Below, in pieces: positions 48,634-60,388 of a stretch of 64,000 bases of DNA; position 1 is the first letter of the stretch, and every line of letters starts with the position of its first letter. Source of the stretch: Cetorhinus maximus. Taxonomy: Eukaryota. The notes below the pieces were generated by a model. That model saw nothing but the letters and a program-made list of their open reading frames with translations. It did no database searches and was not told the origin of the DNA. The stretch lies in assembly GCF_964194155.1 (NCBI RefSeq), contig NC_135903.1:18600001-18664000 (forward strand), read 5' to 3'. Made by a program: the position numbers and the translations under genes.

Positions 48634-48919
48634 TATGCAAAACTGATCAAGAGGAAGCCTCACTCCTGCAACAAGGAATGGGCAATATGAACATTGGAAC
48701 GTTTAGATGGAAAAAGCCAATGGCCAATGGCCAAATGCCATCTCCTTCACCTTCTACCATCCTGGTCATCTCATGATACTATAGTTATTGACAGAACGTA
48801 GCAATCAATTGCTATTAGATAGTTTGCAACAGGTCCAGATATGACATAAGGAAAAATTTTGGGATCCATTGGCCCAAATTCAGCCCGTTCCACTCTAGCA
48901 TGCGACATTTACGACATAT

Positions 48920-49660
48920 GGGTTGGAATCTTGCCGGTTGCCAGCTGGAGAGCCGACAGAGCCCGTGTCACCTCTTTTAGGGATGGTCTGCCACATCTTG
49001 CTCCATTTGCACTTGACAGGTCAGCAGCGGGCCTTCCCCCAGGATCAAGGACCTTAGTCCTGCTCTTCGTGAGCTGGTGGTCTGTCAGAGGCAGCGCCAC
49101 CGGGGAGGCAGTGGTTGCTGCCAGCAGGACACCCACCCGAGACCTAGGATTGTCACTGGATCACAGTTCAGAGGAGGGGGTGATGGCAGGAAGGGGTTCG
49201 CAGGGTGGAGGTCATGCTGTGGTGGGGGGGTGGGGGGTGGGGGAGGTGGGGGGTGGGTGGTCAGCAACAAGGGCAGGAGAATGGCTCTCAGCCGATCCCT
49301 TCCTCTTCCCGATGCCAGGCCCTTTGATCAGGCACTGAGTAACTTTGAGTGAGGGATCCCCACTGAAAGTCCGCAAGCAACCTCGCAAATGTTCGCTTTC
49401 TGGGCTTCAAACATGGCAATCCTCCTCCTGCTGTTGGGTTAATACCAGCTGAGGCAGGATGAGGCACTTAAGTGGGCATTAATTGCCCACTTTAAGGGCC
49501 TCAAATGGTGGCGGGGCAGAAAGGCCATCCACGGGCCTTTCAGCTATGCACTTAATCTCAGTGGAGACAGGAAAGTGGCAGGGTCTCCACCCACCACCAT
49601 CCCACTGATGAAAAGCCCCGCCATCAAATTCACCACAGGGGAGAGAACTACATTCTGCTC
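48920..49660. mobile_element. GC-rich Harbinger-type MITE (degenerate); a similar fragment lies at ~51945-52436
   Basis: Termini GGGTTGGAATCTTGCC and CATTCTGCTC resemble the local Harbinger ends. There is an internal palindrome at ~49470-49492. Confidence 0.5.
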
Positions 49661-52600
49661 ATCATGTTTTAAATCACTCGTATACTGTATCCAATGTTTT
49701 TCTCTGTAGGAACTATACCTCATTTGTATTTGAATGAGCTGATACTATCTGCTTCTACCATCTGTCTAGGGTTTCTGGACAAGATGAAACTGCTGGTCCT
49801 TGATTTACATTATCTAGTCCTGTTAGAATCCTAAAAGCAGCAATCATATTACCATCAACTGTCAAATACTGCCTGAGTCCCAGGAACATTTTGTTTTAAA
49901 AGACTGTGTTATATGCATGCCTGTGATCTCTGTGCTCTCTGTCTGGCTTCTCTGTCTCGTGTATAAGTGATGCTTTCCTCAGCAAAGGTCTGTAATAATG
50001 CGATTGCTCTGTTCTCACTTACAAATGCTGCTTTTCATTCAGCAGTGAAATTTGTTGTCACCGAGCTTTCACAATGGCGCGTTCTTGTGCAAACCACCCT
50101 GAGGAAATCAACACAATTGCTTGTGGTTTCAATTCATCATGGCTAGCACAATTTACAACAGAGGGGCACAGACTCGGGCTGAAAGCGCCAAGATGCACAG
50201 AAAGTTTAGATTTAATTACTTTGCACAAAGTAAAGCATATAAAAAAAACCTTGCATTTATAAAACACCTTTCACAACCTCAGGGAATCTCGAAGCACCTT
50301 CCAATCTGTGAAATGCTTTTGAAGTGTAATGTAGGCCCATCATGAGTGTCTGCCAGATTTTCCACAGAGGAGACAATAATATCAAAAACCTCAGGAAGGA
50401 ATGAAATAAATATTTGACTGAGGACTTACTGAGGGGATTAGAGATAAATAATGCATATGTTATGTTTTTTTTTAAAATGGGGCCAGCCAGCTGGGCTTCA
50501 AGATCACATTGCTCCTGCAGATCTGTAAATTGCACATCCACAGCCCATAATTTTCCACCGTTAATCTTAGTGAATGTAAAATTAAGATCAGTGGGTGTGT
50601 CATTTCCTGATATGTGCTGCCAGTGTCCCCAAGCGTCTCAAAGTAGAAAATCTTTCCATGATGACAGTACCTACACCGTTTAAATTAAGAGAAATATATC
50701 TTTCTTCCAGCAAAGAACTATTTCAATCGTGCCCTTTCTGTGTTCTTAATATTTCAGCAGAGATGTTTTAACTGGCTGTTAGTTCACACTTGTCATCTGG
50801 ATTTGGGCACCACTAGTAAGACGACATTTGTCACCCATCATCGGTTGCTGTGAGAATGGGGGGTGATGGGTTTTTTTTCTCATGGTGATGGGTTCCATGA
50901 TGGTTCTAAGTGGAGATGGTGCTGGAGTGTCTCCCAGCTTGCACATTCTGGTAGAAAGCTCTGTACATTTACTGAATTAGTCAAGGATTTTAATATAAAT
51001 GTAAAACCCACAATTATGTCCATTTAAAATGATTCATTTTTCCAGCATATTAGACTATCCATCTTTCAGCTGCACGTCTGGTGACCAGCACAACAGGCAA
51101 AAACAAATCCATGACAAACCATTTCCTGAAGATGAGTTGATTATGACCGCTGGTAAAGAAGTGTATAAATGATTAGTATGAAACAAGAACTGTGTAGTAA
51201 GTTTTTCTTGTGTGACTCTCCATCAACCATCATAAGTGGGCCTGATTGAATGGATTCTGCAGAATGCTTTTGAACATGGAGGAAACTATAAAATCCATGT
51301 TTACTGTATTTGATTTTGTGTAGCTATGGCTCAGGACCGTCACACCTCTAAAACTGGAATCAAACCCGTGAACCTGCACAATTCTGTGTTGAAAGTGCTT
51401 TGTCAGCCAAAGAACCATTTATCCATTATATAAGAATTGTCATGTCACAGTTTAAAAATTAAAAGTTTAGTTAAACAACTCTTATTCTACATAAATCACA
51501 TCAATGCCGAAAACCTGACAGCTAATGTGTTTTGATCGTTTATTAAGTCCACTTCAGGAGTAATCTGATGGAAATATTTGAATCATCAGCTAAGTATAGT
51601 TGCGCTGATTAGACAATAACTATACTACAAAATAAAAATGGCGCTTTTGAAGAGCAGATAATTTAGGATGCCATCAGCAACAGCTTTTCCACCTCCTGCA
51701 ATGATACAAACTGAAGCAAAATGTGAATATGGTAATGACATGATCATACTTTGATGTTAGGACGTCTTGGCCTTTCAGATTGCAACAAACTGAAGACAAT
51801 CAGAAGATTTGTCCTGGAGTGGTTAATGGCTGCTCTTGTCAATCCTATATGGATAGCTCTCTAGCAAGACATGTCATGTCTGTTGTCATGAGACTTAGAC
51901 TTTTGGGCAAAACATGAGTAAGTCTGGATTAGAGCTGTCACAACATGTGCATGCACGCGAAAAAGCGCACAGATCTCCCTGAGGCAAAGTGCTGCCTCAG
52001 GGAGATCGGCTCCGATGGAAAACCTTCAATAAAGGTGATTACAAAATTTCCCTGCCATGTCCCCTCATGTGACACTGTCACATGAGTTGGGGCATGTCCA
52101 TAGCTTTTATTTAAACATTGAATAGAAATTTAAAAACCCTCATGAAATCTCATCCTGCCAGTGGATGAAGTTTCAAGCTTTTTCTGAGGCCCGCCTGGGA
52201 TCCCGGCCTGCCCGCCAACCTTAAGGCCCATCAATCATGTTAATGAGTTTTTTAATGGCCTTAATAGGCCGTTGACAGTTCGGCGAGTGCACAGCCGACT
52301 TGGCTGCGCGCCCGCCGAACTGAATATCTAACTGACACGGGGTTACGTCGGGACACATGCCTGACCTATCCCCGCGTCAGTTTATGTGTCGGCGAGCGGA
52401 CCCCGCCCCCACTCGCTGACTGGGAGATTTTTGTCCGTGAATTAACATCAATCCACTTTGATTCCACTTCACTTTTTGGTTCAGATTTCATTCATCTTGA
52501 AATCCAAAACTGCAGCTTTGAAAACCGCAGGTAGAAAAGCTCTGCTTACCAAAGAGAAAACCAATTGTTGAAAAGACAGAAAAAGCCAGTTGGGCACTGG

Positions 52601-52694
52601 TGGATAAGGGAGAGGGAGGAGGGAGGGAAGATTGGGTTAATGTTTTGGTGAGATCTGAGGTTGGAGAATATTAAACTGCCTTTTCTCTTCCATA

Positions 52695-53655
52695 TGTCAT
52701 AGTCATAGTGCCATATAGTTAAACAGCACAGAAACAGGCCCATTGGCCCATTGTGTCCATGCTGGCCATCAAGCACCTACCTATTCTAATCCCATTTTCC
52801 AACACTTGGCCCGTAGCCTTGTATGCTATGGAGTTTCAAGTGCTCATCCAAATACTTCTTAAATGTTGTGAGGGTTCCTGCCTCTACCGCCCCCTTAGGC
52901 AGTGTGTTTCAGATTCCAACCACCCTCTGGGTGAAAAAAAAATCCCCAAATCCCCTCTAAACCTCCTGCCTCTTACCTTAAGTCTATGCCACCTGGTTAT
53001 TGACACCTCTGCTAAGGGGGAAAGTTTCTTCCTATCTACCCTATCTATGCCACTCATAATTTTGTATACCTCTATCAGGTACCCCCTCAGCCTTCTCTGC
53101 TCTAAGAAAAACAACCTTAGCCTATCCTGTCTCTCTTCATAGCTGAAAAGCTCCAGCCCAGGCAACATCCTGGTGAATCTCTCCTGCACCCTCTCCAGTG
53201 CAATCACATCCTTCCTATAAGTGTGGCGATCAGAACTGCATACAGTATTCCAGCTATGGTCTAACTAGCGTTTTATACACTAACCTCCCTGCTCTTATTT
53301 TCTATGCCTCAGCTAATAAAGGCAAGTATCCCATATGCCTTCTTAACCACCTTATCTACCTGTGCTGCTGCCTTCAGGGATCTATGGACATGTACACCAA
53401 GGTCCCTCTGATCCTCTGTACTTCCTAGGGTCCTACAATTCATTGTGTATTCCCTTGCCATGTTAGTCCTTCCAAAATGCATCACCTCACACTTCTTGGG
53501 ATTAAATTTCATTTGCCACTGTTCTGCCTATCTTACCAGCCCATCTATATCATCCTGTAATTTAAGGCTTTCCTCCTCACTATTTACGACACCACCAATT
53601 TTTGTGGCATCTAAGAACTTACTTATCATACCTCCTATATTCACATCTGAATTAT
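52695..53655 (-). mobile_element. CR1 LINE 3' portion
   Basis: MKFNPKKCEVMHFGR, QRDLGVHVH, LERVQERFTRMLPGL, and a (catagt) terminal repeat. Confidence 0.95.
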
Positions 53656-55549
53656 TCTAAATCATTAATTTACACTGCATGTCTTTTCTAGAACAGCCAA
53701 CAAGTAAGCACAAGTTGCCCCAGTGTCATTGACCAAAGAAACGCATAATCCCACTTTTAAAGGGATAACTAATAACGAACTTAACCAGAAAAACAAAACA
53801 ATGGAAACTTATAAACTTTAATAATATTGTTACTAGGCTCCACTTCCAGTCCCTGCGGTGACCACCCTGCAGGAGGGCACGGGTGGGATCGGCGCTCACT
53901 GGCTGATACTAATGGACCAGCTATGTATTGCCACTGTTTCCTGTTTTGATTTCTCATTTAGAACATTTGCTGATGGCTTAGTTCAGTTCTGATGAAGCCA
54001 TTCCTCAAAACAAAAACCCAATAAGTTACCTAATTGAGCTCTGGGCCAGCTGGGCAAACAGGAACTCCCAGGTTTCATGCAACAGCTGCTGCAAATTGTC
54101 CTTTAAGAATTGATGAGAGCTCAAGTACTTGAACATGAGCAAATGCCCGTTCTGCTCAGAGCTTTGAGAGTAGGTAACATTTCAGTTAATGTGTAGCAGT
54201 TTAAAATCCCTGTCACTGAATGATGTGCAAACACTTATCCCTAACTCCCCTCCTGTGGAACTACAGCAGACACCAGGGCAAGGTACTCATGTGGAAATGT
54301 CTGCATATGGGTGAGGAAGGGAAGTTACGCAGCACTAGTTTAAAATGAACATTTTAAAGGGACATTTAATCTTAACCTGTTTAATAGCACCAGGTTCAAA
54401 CTAAACTTAAAGTGATAGAATTCGGGTGTTTAAAGCCCTGTTATCTTTGGCAGGAGTTTTACCACGGTTTCTATGAGCAGATCTTATCCCTCATGACCGT
54501 TTTAGTTGTCTGTCTTGGAAGTCTCCACCATTAAAGAATGATCCCTATTTGCATTGTGTACGGGAAGTTCTGTAGACTCATCCCGTGTATTTGCTTCAGC
54601 TGGTATACAGAACGTCAAAATGCAGATCAGAGCATAGACGGGCTAAGATTCCATCATTTATTGATGGACAATTTTAAACGCAATGAGAAGCCAGAGTGGG
54701 AATAACCAGAGCACAAGAGAGAATAGTTGAAAAAATGTGGCACTGAAAATCCATCAGAGTTTAGCTGTACTCTCAGCTCATCTCCAGCAGAAACTCAAGA
54801 GCATCACAAAGCTCATTTTCTTCTTGGTCAGGCTTGACTGTAGAACATTGTTCTGGCCTGCAGTTTATTAGTTTTTTTTTAACAATTAAAAAAATGAAGT
54901 TGACTGATTAAGACAGCCTGTGTTTTCAAAGCTTGTGAATAATTCACAGTGCTTGATGGCATTGTAGAGTAGATGTTGCAATTCTGTGCTTCTGATGCGC
55001 ACCTTAAAGTGTTTATTAAAATCTCATACCTGGGCAGACATTTTCTTCATTTTCCTTTAGTTTAAAGTGTGCAAAATCACAACTTTTGCAGATGATTTTT
55101 TAAAAAAATATGCGCTCCTGGGATGCTTTCGCACTGGCAGCGCAGAACTAGAAAACTTATCCTTCATTCAACCAAGTTTCTTATTGCCACACATTGAATC
55201 ATAATCTGAGCTGCAATATCAACACAATTCCAGGACCCTCAGCCAAAATAGCAGCCATCAGATCTACAGTCCCAGAGGCAGCACCACTGTTGTGTCATTC
55301 AGTGAAGGCAGCTGCTGACATTTTCATTCATTAAAAACTGACTCCATTGGCATTCCAGCCAAAAGATGTCTGCAGAGCAGAGAGGGATTGTAGTTATGCC
55401 AGCCTCAAAATTACATTTGTGAGATCAGTGAACAAGTTAAAATCTTCACACACACCTCCTGCTATCACTCTGCCAAAGGTGCCAACCTGCCAAAATAAAA
55501 GGATCAAAGTTTGTGTTCAAATTCTGGATGGAGAAAGATCCTACAAAAG

Positions 55550-56338
55550 AAAGAAAGGCTTGCATTTATATAGCGCCTTTCATGACCACCAGACATTTTA
55601 TAGCCAATTTAGTACTTTTGACGTGTAGTCACTGTTATAATGTAAGAAATGCAGCAGCCAATTTGCACACAGCAAGTTCCCACCAGCAGTAATGTGATGT
55701 TGATTGAGGGATAAATATTGGCCAGGACACAGGGAATAACTTCCCTGCTCTACTTCAGAATAGTTCCATGAAATCTTTTATGTTCTCTTCAGAGGACAGA
55801 GCCAGCTTCAGTTAAACATCTCATTTGAAAGCTGGAGTTAAATTTTCAATTAGGGGTTGGGTTGCCCAGATAATTTCTGGGTCCTGACCCCATGCTGCAT
55901 CTTTCTCGCTCACGCAACGCAATTGTCAAATATAAATGCCCTAATTGGGCTAGAGGTGAGCTCAACACTTAATTCGTGGTGCCAAGCGTGAAAGGCAAAG
56001 GCAGGGAATAGCTGTGGCAGGTCCTGCCGCTGCCTAGGATGCAGCACCTTGGAGTCGGCAAATGGGCAACTGAATGGCACTATGCCCAATCTGGAGCAAG
56101 ATCCTCCAAGTTCCCAAAGTTTTCAGTATAAAAATTGAACCTGACTATGAACTAACATGCACCAGACTGCAAAAGGCATTGAAAGACCACCTAGGAGTGC
56201 TATTTTCAAAACATGCCCCCTCCTGTTCCAGCTCTCACAGGCAGTTGTTAATGCCAGCTATGGCACCTCCAACAGTGCAGCACTCCCCTTAGTACTGCAC
56301 TGGAGTGTCAGCCTTGATTTTTGTGCTCAAATCCTGAA
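55550..56338 (-). mobile_element. DeuSINE (SacSINE1-like) split by a ~430-bp insertion (55832-~56260)
   Basis: The tail TTGCATTTATATAGCGCCTTT and ...AACATCTCATTTGAAAG resume at GGCACCTCCAACAGTGCAGCACTCCC after the insert. Confidence 0.75.
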
Positions 56339-56400
56339 ATGAAGTTTTCACATACTAATGTCACAAACAGTAAGGATCAACTATAGCAGCAGTCAGCTCA

Positions 56401-56654
56401 TGTTGTAGGGTGGCCGGGTTGTGTTATTAATGATAGAGTTGATCAGCAGACCCCTCTTGGGTGAAAACTTTAATTTATTTACAATGTACTCGGCAGCAAC
56501 CATACATGTGCTTTCAACTCCAACTGTGACTCTACACTGGCTGCTGAGGTAGCCCGTGCTACTCTCCTATTGGTGCTATAGATCATGTGATCTTGCCTAA
56601 CTAGTATTATTCTTAAAGGTACATTACACACTAAATAAAACCATATTTACCACA
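56401..56654. mobile_element. Solo LTR (254 bp) with 5-bp TSD
   Basis: TGTTGTA...TACCACA termini (TG..CA, 6/7 inverted match). GCTCA at 56396-56400 and 56655-56659. Confidence 0.85.
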
Positions 56655-58383
56655 GCTCACCTGCAAAGTTTGGTCTCTTTAGAGGTCTAAATACAAGAGT
56701 CTGAGAGGAGTAGTGAATTAGAATCTGACCAAGAACCATTAGTTGAATCTGTGCCATTTTCATCCGAGTGTGATTTTTCTGTCAGGCATTTTCAGCCACC
56801 CTTAAGTGATCTTTCTGACAATAGGCCATAGCTTGATAATGTGTTGAAATGAAGTCTAGTGGAATCTCTCTCCTGCTTATGAGAAGTGAAGATCTCAGCA
56901 AATTTTGACCCTATTATTTCATTCATTTTAGTACAGAATTCTGCTGATAGAATGGGAACTAACACCTCCTTTTCTTTTAAAAGTAATCTGTGGCTTAAGG
57001 ACTTGTGGTCCAGGCAACTTCTGACCCTTTGCCAAGCTCCCAACTCCAGGGCCAGTAAGGGAAAGGAGCTCGCTGTGAATAATGATCCATCTGAAAAGAG
57101 GACAATCTATTTTACACTGTAGTCAATAAGCTAAGGTAGCACTGGTGGCAAATGTTAATTCAGATTCATCACACAGCCACACTCAATATTCTTGCCAAGT
57201 AAATATTCATTGTTTGAGCACAAATAGTGGAAAACTCAACCACAATGGAAAGAATGGAATAAAAAGATATAAATTAGAATCAGACATATTTGCAAGTCTT
57301 TCAAGGAGCTCGCTGTAAGAACTTTAAAAGTACTGGTCCACCTGTTCCCAGTCATATTATACATAATGTTGGTAAATAAAATGGAGTCAGAAAGGCATCA
57401 TGTAAAAAGCAAATACAATAATCTCCTGTAAACAAAATCTGTACAAAGGACATGATTGGAAAGAGGATACTGTATTAGATGCAAGATGTATTTGGTTTGA
57501 GGACTGGTTGGCCAGTGGGTATGAATCACATCTTTAGTAATCAAATCATTGGAAGAATTAGCTGTAATCTGATCAGAGATCAGCCTTGTTGATGTTCCTG
57601 TAATGTAGGAGCAGCCTGTAAATGGATTCAGATGGAGCTCCCAGTGCTGCCTCTGGTAACTGTCTAAAGTTACAAAGTGAGGGAAGTGTGCTTTGCAAGG
57701 GCAAGATCCTGCTTCTTTCATTTCCTCTGCTGCTGTGCTCTGTATCCAATGCCAGGATAACCACAGTGGAGTCATTCAGCTGGTCGCTATGTATTGTAAA
57801 CAAAGGGAGACGATTTCCTGCGGTGCCTACTTCTAGCACATCGATTTCAATTTTGCTGATAATGGTGATCAGCAAAAGTTATCCTGCTATGTTTTAAGAT
57901 CTGCTGACATATAACAATTACAGAGACCTGACTACCAAGCTAAATTATAACAAAGAGATAGGATGGACTAACATTAATTCCCTTTAAAACTTCTGATGAC
58001 AATTTCTTGTTAATATTCATTGAAATAAAACTAAGGAATATATACTTTCCACTTTTGGTTTGAATTCCAAAACATTTACCATCAGACATCCTCCTTCTCT
58101 ACCCTCCCTCACCACTCCATGGCGCAATGGGTAACTACACTACCCTATGGACCAGTAAGGCTCCAAGTTTAATTCCTGGTCTGTGCTGAATTAACTGTTC
58201 CCAGTTAAGATGGTAGTAGCAATGCCACAAATGCCCAAGGGGAAAATGAGCCTATCCCTGATGATTGAAGGATTCTTGCTGGAAAGTGCAAATGTGTGGA
58301 TGTTTATTGAAGATGGATTCTCACTCAGCTATGATGCAATTCTCAGGGTTGAATTGCCTGTCAACACTCAATGTGTAGGCTGA

Positions 58384-58570
58384 CAACAACAGCAACTGTC
58401 ATTTATTATTGCACCTTTAATGCAGCAAAGCATCCCAAGATCCTTCTCAAACAAAATTTCTCATTGAGCCAAATAAGGAGATATTAAGATAGACAACCAA
58501 AAGCTTAAGCTCAAAGAAATGGGTTGTAAGGAACATGTTAAAGGAGGAAAGAGTTGCAGAAGCTTAGGGT
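58384..58570 (-). mobile_element. L2-type LINE 3' end fragment (related copies at 60885-61070 and 61978-62200)
   Basis: An (AAC)n tail plus CATTTA..GC.CCTTTAA...CATCCCAAG...CTGAGCCA is shared among the three copies. Confidence 0.6.
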
Positions 58571-58578
58571 GAAAGGAG

Positions 58579-59311
58579 AATGTCAACTTGAGGAAGATTC
58601 TGTCGAGTGTCTGCTGTCCATAGATCCATATTCCAAGAAGGGTTATTGCCTATAGGGGAGCAATAGAAAGAAGAGAGCATTTACTATCATCCAAAGGTGC
58701 TACTCTCTTATACCTTAGCAATGTATAGGCTGGAAGTTTTCAGGTTTCACGCTATGTTTTCTCCAGAAGTCCACCTGACTCAGTCAGACTCAGAATGGCC
58801 GATACATGGACAGACACAAATTCATCAACCTTACCTGCTTCCATGTGCAATGAGGCTGAGGAGTCTCAGTACAAACCATGATCCATATGAGGATTCTTAC
58901 TAAACTGTTTCTCATCAACAGTGGAGCCTAGAACTGTGCCATTGAGTTAATAAGGTAAAATTCAAGGAAATCACGATACAACGTGTGATGTCTGACAGCA
59001 CACTCAACACAAACAAACATCAAACTATTATAATAAAGTTAGTATGATAGAGGCTTTCTTTGCAATGAGTGACCTCTTTAAAGTAGGTTACTGCCCACAT
59101 CCATCAAGAAGGGTTTCCATGTCTACATGCTGTGTGAGTTTTTTGTTTTTAAATTTGAACTTGGTCTAATGTCAACTTGTGGAAGATTCTGTCAAGTGTC
59201 TGCTGTCCTTTGTTCCATATTCCAAGAAGAGTTATCGCCTATAGGGGAGCAGTAGAAAGAAGAGAGCATTTACTATCATCCAATGGTGCCACTTTCTTGT
59301 ACTATAGCAAT
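58579..59311 (+). repeat. 144-bp direct repeat (58579-58722 and 59168-59311)
   Basis: Ungapped, roughly 90% identical copies offset by 589 bp. Confidence 0.92.
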
Positions 59312-60388
59312 ACGAATATACGAAATAGAAGCAGAAGTAGGCCATTCGGCCCCTCGAGCCTGCTCCGCCATTCAATAAGATCATGGCTGATCTGTTTGTG
59401 ATTCGAGATCTACATTTCCATATACCTCCGATAACCTTTGATTCCCTTGCCTATCAACAGCTGCCTTAAAAATATTCAATGACCCCGCTTCCACTGTCTT
59501 CTAAGGCAGAGATCCAAAGTCGCACAACCCTCTGAGAGAAAAAAATTCTCCTCATCTCTATCCTATAAGGGCGACCCCTAATTTTAAAACAGTGCCCCCT
59601 TGTTCTGGACTCAGCCACAAGAGGAAACATCCTTTCCATGTCCACCTTGTCAAGGCCATTCAGGATCTTATATATTTCAATCAAGTCACCCCTCAATCTT
59701 CTAAACTCCAGCAGCCTGTCCAACCTTTCCTCATACGACAACCTGCTAATTCCAGGTATCAATCTAGTAAACATCCTCTGAACCACCTCCAACGCATTTA
59801 CATCCTTCCTTAAATAAGGAGACCAAAACCGCATACAGTATTTGAGATGCAGTCTCACCAATGCCCGATATAACTGAAGCACAATATCCTTACTTTTATA
59901 TTCAATTCCTCCCGTAATAAAAGATTGCATTCCATTAGCCTTCTTGGCTAAATGTTGTACCTGCATACTAACTTTTTGTGACTCATGCACGAGAACACTT
60001 AGATCCCTCTATACCTCATAATTCTGCAATCATTCTCCGTTTAAGTAATATTCTGCTTTTGTTATTCTTCCTGTCAAAGTGAACAACTTCACATTTTCCC
60101 ACATTATCCTCCATCTGCCAGGTTTTTTGCCCACTCACTCAACTTATCTATATCTGTCTGCAAACTCCTTATGTCTTCTTCACAATATATGTTCCCACCT
60201 ATCTTTGTGTCATCTGCAAATTTAGCTACCATGCCTTCGCTCCCCTCATCTAAGTCATTGATGTAAATTGTAAAAAGTTGAGTCTCCAGCAAAGACCCCT
60301 GCAGGACCCCACTAGTCACATCCTGCCAATCAGACAAAGACCCATTTATGCATGCTCTTCATGCCAGGCAATCCTCTATCCAGGCTAG
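59312..60388 (-). mobile_element. CR1 LINE 3' portion
   Basis: WQDVTSGVLQGS, KFADDTKIGG, LYRALVR.HL.YC, and a (tacgaa) terminal repeat. Confidence 0.95.

Noticed and set aside
53984-54012. Additional hammerhead (CAGTTCTGATGAAG...)
   Set aside because: No stem II or GAAA box; at best a decayed remnant.
57398-57897. Overlapping 90-125 aa ORFs as host exons
   Set aside because: No recognisable domain or consistent splice context. Short host exons elsewhere in the window cannot be excluded without RNA-seq or homology search.
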